Assembly: GCA_905192745.1 (NCBI GenBank)
Contig: CAJJLZ010000005.1
Coordinates: 6,038 to 70,037, forward strand
Direction of reading: 5' to 3'
From: an uncultured Oscillospiraceae bacterium
Lineage (GTDB): Bacteria > Bacillota > Clostridia > Oscillospirales > Acutalibacteraceae
DNA: 64,000 bases
Part shown: in pieces, positions 57,986 to 64,000 of the stretch
Position numbering within the stretch: the stretch's first letter is position 1
Layout: each line of letters starts with the position of its first letter
Program-made: the position numbers and the translations under genes
The notes under the pieces: model-generated
The model's database searches: none
What the model saw: the letters and a program-made list of their open reading frames with translations, nothing else
What the model was told of the DNA's origin: nothing

Positions 57986-58626
57986 GTTCCCGCTGTCGTC
58001 AAAAATTCATCCCAATAAGTATAGAACATACTAAACGCTTTGCTATCTAACGGATAAATAAACAACAAAATATCGGCCCAACTATGGTTTGGCGTGTAAA
58101 TGTGAAATTTGTTTTGAATAAATTTCGTAAAATCTGGAAACAAAGAATTTGTGGGTGCCGTATTTCTGTCTAGAAAATAATTATATCCGCATAAATTGGC
58201 ATACAGTCCTTCCAGTGATTGCGTTCCCAAGAAGAGCTCAGGCTGTTTTCGAATGGTTTCAATTTCCATATACAGTAAAGAGTCTGTTGTCGTATCTGTT
58301 GAAAGCGTATTTTCTTTTTCAGGACAACTCCAATTAGCATATTCCTCAAAGAATTTCTCCAAATGCTTATAAAACTCATAGAAAGCCTGTTCATCCGAGA
58401 TGCAGAAAAAACTAATTATTTTTGCCCAGTGATGGTCGGCATTCATTCGATATTTTTTCTGGATATATTTTTGAAAATCAGATATTATGCAGGACGTATA
58501 ACCTAACTTGTGGAACTGATAGGCAAAAGCGTTATAGAAATAAAACAGTCGATTGAGGGAAGGCTTTCCAATAAGTGCGGACGGATTTTTTTGTACATCT
58601 ATTAGCATTCTATGTATTTGGTCCAT
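57928..58626 (-). CDS. Candidate immunity protein for the orphan toxin (imm2), internally duplicated
   Basis: 232 aa from AT-rich sequence. The AAGGAG RBS overlaps the toxin stop (TTTTAAGGAGCAAAAAACAATG). Two homologous halves of about 95 aa. The last 24 codons read out-of-frame through rhs copy C. Confidence 0.6.
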   Translation of the reverse strand: MDQIHRMLIDVQKNPSALIGKPSLNRLFYFYNAFAYQFHKLGYTSCIISDFQKYIQKKYRMNADHHWAKIISFFCISDEQAFYEFYKHLEKFFEEYANWSCPEKENTLSTDTTTDSLLYMEIETIRKQPELFLGTQSLEGLYANLCGYNYFLDRNTAPTNSLFPDFTKFIQNKFHIYTPNHSWADILLFIYPLDSKAFSMFYTYWDEFLTTAGTSRPSQTSAVGRYRTNTTD

Positions 58627-58639
58627 TGTTTTTTGCTCC

Positions 58640-60695
58640 TTAAAATATTGGTGTAGGTATTACTGTTTTTTCCCCGGTTCCGATAAAGTCGGCAACCCAT
58701 AATGATTCCGGTAGCCCCAGCGGATGAATGTTACAATATACCACTCCATTGAGACGGATGCCAATATGAAATCCGTTTGTACTAATTGCATCTCCACCAC
58801 GAGAAAGGCTTAAAATATACCCCCTTCCGCCGATAAATGTTATGGAAAGATAATCTGCTTTAATTTTGTTCTTACGCAAATATTCAGCCATTTCATTAGC
58901 GGCTTGTACGCATTCATATAATCCAAACTGTCCAGCAATTTGACCTAGCTGTTCCTCTGTTGATAATAGGATACTTTCTGTAATTGCATAGTCTGAAATA
59001 AACTCAGTCATGAAATTTTGAAATTCATTCAAAGCATTATTTAAACTATCTTTTGCGGAGTTTAAGGCATCTGTAGCTTCGCTGACACCAAAAATTGATA
59101 ATACGGTTAATCCACCAAGTACCAATATTTCATCTACAGGTCCTGTGATAACGTCATCAACACCAAACCATTCGCCGGTTTGATCATCGTAATTCACGGG
59201 ATTATTTCCACAATAAGCGAAAAGGTTGGTTCCAACTATACTCGAAGAGTGTATTGAAATGTCCGCATTCACAAACCGCATGGTCATGGGATCATAATAC
59301 CGGCTCAGGAGATAATACAGCCCGGATTCGGCATCATACTCATACCCACGGTAGCGGAAGGGGTTGAGCTGGCCCACGGTCGCGGCCAGACTGCCGGTGA
59401 CGCTGACCGGACGGCCCCACGAGTCGTAGCTGTACTGCACCACCGACGTGCCGGTTTTGTCAATCAGCCCCACCACGTCGCCCTGCGCGTTGTAGACGTA
59501 GTAATACCCCGTACCGTTCAGCAGGAAGCCGACCCGGCGGCCGTCGCCCTCATACATGAAGAGCAGGATATCATTGCCCTTCTGCATCTTCATGATCTTG
59601 CCGTCGGTGTCCCGCCAGTAGGTGGTCGCCGTGCCGTTCACGGTTTTCTTCACCCGCTGGCCGTCCGCGTCGTACTGGAACGCCATGCTCAGCCCGGTTT
59701 TGTTCAGCGTTTTGAGCTGCCGGCAGTCCCACGTCATCGTCATCCCGTCCCGGTAGGCGAGGGGATTGCCGATCGCGTCGTAGGTGATGCTCTGCCCCTT
59801 GTAGGCGGTCAGCAGGTCCTTCCATGTGCTGTCCGTGTAAGAGAAGGTTTCCAGCCCGGTCATGCCAGACTCCAGCTCGCCGCTTTCGGAATACGGGTAT
59901 TCCTGCCGGCTCAGGAGGTTGCCGCCCGCGTCGTAGGCGTAGGTGGTCATCTTGCCCGTGATCTGGTTGTTTTCCCAAACAAGCTGGTTCAGCCCGTCGT
60001 ACCGGTAGGTGATCTTCCGACCGTCCTTGTCCGTGATGGACGTGATATTCCCATTGTCGTCGTAAGCGTAGGTATCGTTCACCAGTGTGCCGGAAATCTG
60101 CGCCTGCGCCGTGTAGTTGTTCACCAGAGTGGTGGTCTGCTGGCCGGTCACCCCGACGAAGGTGCGGTTGAAAACAAGGGCGTACTGCCCGGGCGTGGCG
60201 ACCAGATTGGTGCGGTATTCCCGCCCGAGACTGTCAAAGGTATGGTTGGCTATGGCGCCGACGCCTCCCGCAGCATAGCCGCCGAACATGGTCGAACCGC
60301 TCAGCCGGGAATCCGGGCCGTAGGAATAGGTGTTCTGATAGGTCTGCCCGTCGAAAATGTAGCTTTCGCCGGTGAGGCGGTTCTGGTTGTCGTATTGGTA
60401 CCGCACGGAGGAAACGCTGCCGGAGTCGGGAATGGTGCGCCGCGCCTCCAGCCGTCCGGCGAGGTCGTACTGGTAGTAATGCGACCCGCCGAACGCCTTG
60501 TCGTGGGTGACGGCCAGCGTGCCGTTCGCGTCATACTCGTTCCACAGGATGTAATTGGAGGAATCCTCCGCTTCCATCATCAGCCAGAGCTGCCCGTATT
60601 TGTTGTAGCTGTAATGCCGCGTGTCCCCGTTGCCGTAGGCTGCGAGCTTCAGCTGTCCGCTGTTCGGCCAGTAGGTGTTGCTGATGAGCTGGCGG
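58640..60695 (-). CDS. Orphan rhs C-terminal cassette (copy B core plus distinct toxin tip CT2), no start signals of its own
   Basis: The frame is open from about 60730. Its first ATG is at 60580 with no RBS. The core is identical at protein level to the main gene up to RFVNAD. It then continues NLFAYCGNNPVNYDD and about 190 aa of unique AT-rich sequence containing YECVQAAN and NGFHIGIRLNGVVYCNIHP. Confidence 0.75.
59262..60695 (-). repeat. rhs core repeat, copy B
   Basis: 1434 bp at a constant offset of 2433 nt from copy A. Several alternate-frame ORF translations are identical between the copies, with a few substitutions near 60640-60665. Confidence 0.95.
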
Positions 60696-60705
60696 ACGGC
60701 TGAGG

Positions 60706-60748
60706 GCTGAGGCAGGGCATATTTTCACAGGATATGCCCTGCCTCAGC
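60706..60748. other. Perfect 17-bp hairpin at the imm1 / orphan-cassette boundary
   Basis: GCTGAGGCAGGGCATAT (60706-60722) pairs with ATATGCCCTGCCTCAGC (60732-60748), 10 nt from the end of rhs homology. Confidence 0.7.
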
Positions 60749-60830
60749 GAACATACTTTAATGGGTTATCTTTTTTGCATCCTAATCCTTGATGTGGCTT
60801 TTCCTCAGATAAGAATTTCCTTTCTGATGT

Positions 60831-61025
60831 CTATTTTTCCTTTTTTGGTATTAACTTTGTTAATATAGCAACCAACCAAAAAGCAAAAGATATATAATAT
60901 AACTTTTGAACAACACCATAATCCAATGAAATCACTTTTGTACTGAGTAAGATAAGCAATAGTAAAAATCCCCCAAAATAGGTTGCGCATCCCCATCGAA
61001 CCAATTTTCCGACTTTATACCACAT
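60831..61025 (-). CDS. Candidate immunity protein for the main Rhs toxin (imm1), 64-aa two-TM protein
   Basis: The ATG at 61025 lies 15 nt after the rhs stop, with AAAGGA upstream. Two hydrophobic helices (FGGFLLLLILLS; ISFAFWLVAILTKLI). AT-rich. An overlapping alternative frame (60805..60996) cannot be excluded. Confidence 0.45.
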   Translation of the reverse strand: MWYKVGKLVRWGCATYFGGFLLLLILLSTKVISLDYGVVQKLYYISFAFWLVAILTKLIPKKEK

Positions 61026-61039
61026 ATGAAACTGTCCTT

Positions 61040-64000
61040 TCAACCCAATTGAAATGGGTTATTCGCATAGGGATATTTTCCATATTTGCCATCCCATTCG
61101 GCGTATACATATGGAGTCAACCCATTTCCAGCAGAAGCTCGAGGATCGGTGCAATATGGTTTGTACATGACTATACCATTTCCATGATTAACAGCGCTTT
61201 CTATTGCTTCACACTTAATACGATACTCAGTTTCGTCCTTTAATGCAAAAAGCAAATCACTAATTAACAAACATATTCCACCTCCAGTAGTGCCTTTTAA
61301 TGTATCATATAATCCAATACCTGCTGATATTCCAAGTTCAGCATAAGAGCCTTGTCGTTTATACAAGTCTTTTACATCATTCGGAGGTATAAATGTAATT
61401 TGGTCAGTAACTACAGCAACTCCATAAACTGGACCAGTTATGCATCCCCCGTTAGTCACTCCTCCATCTGGCAGATAATGAAGTTTTTCATTTGGATAAT
61501 ATGTGCAATTTTCGATTCCTCCATCGTATAATTGCATTTCCCAACGTGTCTGACTGCTTAAAGATTCCCACTGCATTCCTGAAGTGTTTCCAACCCAATA
61601 ACGACCAAAAGGATCATAACATGTGATCGGATTGTTTCCGCAATACACAAACATATTGTAGCCAAGGATTCCCTGCCCAGTAGAAACCAACCCATCCGCA
61701 TTCACAAACCGCATGGTCATGGGATCATAATACCGGCTCAGGAGATAATACAGCCCGGATTCGGCATCATACTCATACCCACGGTAGCGGAAGGGGTTGA
61801 GCTGGCCCACGGTCGCGGCCAGACTGCCGGTGACGCTGACCGGACGGCCCCACGAGTCGTAGCTGTACTGCACCACCGACGTGCCGGTTTTGTCAATCAG
61901 CCCCACCACGTCGCCCTGCGCGTTGTAGACGTAGTAATACCCCGTACCGTTCAGCAGGAAGCCGACCCGGCGGCCGTCGCCCTCATACATGAAGAGCAGG
62001 ATATCATTGCCCTTCTGCATCTTCATGATCTTGCCGTCGGTGTCCCGCCAGTAGGTGGTCGCCGTGCCGTTCACGGTTTTCTTCACCCGCTGGCCGTCCG
62101 CGTCGTACTGGAACGCCATGCTCAGCCCGGTTTTGTTCAGCGTTTTGAGCTGCCGGCAGTCCCACGTCATCGTCATCCCGTCCCGGTAGGCGAGGGGATT
62201 GCCGATCGCGTCGTAGGTGATGCTCTGCCCCTTGTAGGCGGTCAGCAGGTCCTTCCATGTGCTGTCCGTGTAAGAGAAGGTTTCCAGCCCGGTCATGCCA
62301 GACTCCAGCTCGCCGCTTTCGGAATACGGGTATTCCTGCCGGCTCAGGAGGTTGCCGCCCGCGTCGTAGGCGTAGGTGGTCATCTTGCCCGTGATCTGGT
62401 TGTTTTCCCAAACAAGCTGGTTCAGCCCGTCGTACCGGTAGGTGATCTTCCGACCGTCCTTGTCCGTGATGGACGTGATATTCCCATTGTCGTCGTAAGC
62501 GTAGGTATCGTTCACCAGTGTGCCGGAAATCTGCGCCTGCGCCGTGTAGTTGTTCACCAGAGTGGTGGTCTGCTGGCCGGTCACCCCGACGAAGGTGCGG
62601 TTGAAAACAAGGGCGTACTGCCCGGGCGTGGCGACCAGATTGGTGCGGTATTCCCGCCCGAGACTGTCAAAGGTATGGTTGGCTATGGCGCCGACGCCTC
62701 CCGCAGCATAGCCGCCGAACATGGTCGAACCGCTCAGCCGGGAATCCGGGCCGTAGGAATAGGTGTTCTGATAGGTCTGCCCGTCGAAAATGTAGCTTTC
62801 GCCGGTGAGGCGGTTCTGGTTGTCGTATTGGTACCGCACGGAGGAAACGCTGCCGGAGTCGGGAATGGTGCGCCGCGCCTCCAGCCGTCCGGCGAGGTCG
62901 TACTGGTAGTAATGCGACCCGCCGAACGCCTTGTCGTGGGTGACGGCCAGCGTGCCGTTCGCGTCATACTCGTTCCACAGGATGTAATTGGAGGAATCCT
63001 CCGCTTCCATCATCAGCCAGAGCTGCCCGTATTTGTTGTAGCTGTAATGCCGCGTGTCCCCGTTGCCGTAGGTCGCAAGCTTCAGCTGCCCGCTGTTCGG
63101 CCAGTAGGTGTTGCTGATGAGCTGGCGGCTGCCGGACCCGTTTACCAGCCTCACCGTCTGCTGGTTCCCCAGCGCGTCGTAGGTGAAGAAGTACTGGAAC
63201 CCGTTATGGGTGATGGCGGAAAGGCGGCTCCGGCTGTCGTAGCCGTAGGTGTTGGAGGCGTTCCCGCTGCTCACCCCCGTCAGCCGGTCCGCGCTGTCAT
63301 AGGTGTAGCTGGTCACGTTCCCCTTCGGGTCGGTTACGCTGTTCACCAGACCGCTCATCCCGTCCACGTCAAAGGTGGTAACCTTCCCGCGCTGGTCATA
63401 GGTTTTGGTCACATAATGCCCCAGCGCGTCGTATTCCTGGCTTGTCTTCAGATAGGGGTTGGAGGTGTTCAGCGTGCCGCTGGTGGTCACCGTCCCCATC
63501 CATGTCTGGGTCACGTTGCCGCTTGCGCCGTCATAGCCAAAACGGAATCCAAGCCCGGTCTGGTTCGACCGCGCCGCCACCAGCCGGTGCTTGTTCGAGG
63601 TGTCGTAGGTATAGCTGTAGCTTTCGCTCAGCGCTTCGTCGGTTACACCGACTAACTCGTTGCTCGATTCATCATAGTCGTAAATCTTTTTGTTCTGCGC
63701 GTTGTCGCTCGCCGAGAGCAGATTGCCGGTCTTATCGTCATAAGCGTAGGCTGTCCCCGTCGCGTCGATGTTCAGGCAGAAGTCGTCGAACCACACCTTG
63801 TTCGCGTTTTTGTAGTAGATGGCGTAGAACGAAACCGAACGGATTTTTTTGTTCCTGTTGGTCTTGGACGGCCCGACCGCCTACGACACGAACTGCGCCC
63901 CCGTCGAGTCCGGGTTGAAGGGGACAACCTTCCACTCGGTTGTACCGTCGGCGAAGTATATCCCCAGATCCAGCGCAAAATACCGCGATGACGCCGTGAT
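61040..64000 (-). CDS. Rhs/YD-repeat polymorphic toxin, C-terminal ~980 codons (partial, runs off window; in-frame TAG at 63881-63883)
   Basis: Dense YD repeats (YxYDxxGN), an RHS core end motif (RYYDPMTMRFVNADGL...NMFVYCGNNPITCYDPFG), then about 190 aa of unique AT-rich C-terminal tip (CT1). The same frame stays open on both sides of the TAG, up to position 64000. Confidence 0.85.
61672..63128 (-). repeat. rhs core repeat, copy A (inside the main gene)
   Basis: This is the master copy matched by copies B and C. Confidence 0.95.

Noticed and set aside
60805-60996. An alternative 63-aa hydrophobic ORF overlapping the imm1 candidate in another frame.
   Set aside because: In AT-rich sequence both frames stay open. 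The 60831..61025 frame starts right after the rhs stop with an RBS-like AAAGGA and gives two clean TM helices, so it is preferred. The alternative cannot be formally excluded.

Overview
High-GC (about 60% by eye) Firmicutes/Clostridia-like chromosomal segment, densely coded on both strands. I found no rRNA, CRISPR array, transposase or integrase.

Positions 1-42 kb are mostly core functions:
- GH27 alpha-galactosidase and an ECF sigma / membrane-protein pair.
- pdxR divergent from pdxS-pdxT.
- A metF / activation-domain protein / truncated metH operon.
- A second sigma factor carrying a C-terminal membrane anchor.
- A radical-SAM DNA-modification/repair-like gene, next to a short relic of a homocysteine methyltransferase gene.
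- A CapD-like sugar dehydratase, htpG behind a perfect CIRCE operator, apbE, asnS and a YfhO-type membrane protein.
- An ABC-F ATPase, an SGNH hydrolase and trmK.
- A sucrose/fructan locus: sucrose phosphorylase, ABC importer, GH32, LacI regulator, fructokinase.
- DegV, an SPFH protein and an MFS transporter.

Positions 42-57 kb look more accessory:
- An XRE regulator plus a zinc-ribbon membrane protein.
- A TetR / MMPL / 888-aa helical-repeat lipoprotein operon.
- tRNA-Leu(CAG) followed by a low-GC, frameshifted AAA ATPase gene.
- A bile-salt-hydrolase-type Ntn hydrolase plus an anion permease.
- xpaC-telA and ldh.

The last 7 kb (57.1-64.0 kb, minus strand) is the most interesting part. It is an Rhs/YD-repeat polymorphic-toxin array:
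- A main rhs gene runs off the window and carries an in-frame TAG.
- It is followed by a small membrane immunity candidate.
- Next comes a start-less orphan rhs cassette with a different C-terminal toxin, and an internally duplicated immunity candidate.
- A third, toxin-less rhs stub abuts ldh.
- All three copies share near-identical core repeats, while the toxin and immunity tips are AT-rich.

Many very long antisense ORFs in the six-frame track are high-GC artefacts and are not called. All family assignments rest on motifs read by eye; no HMM or BLAST search was run.
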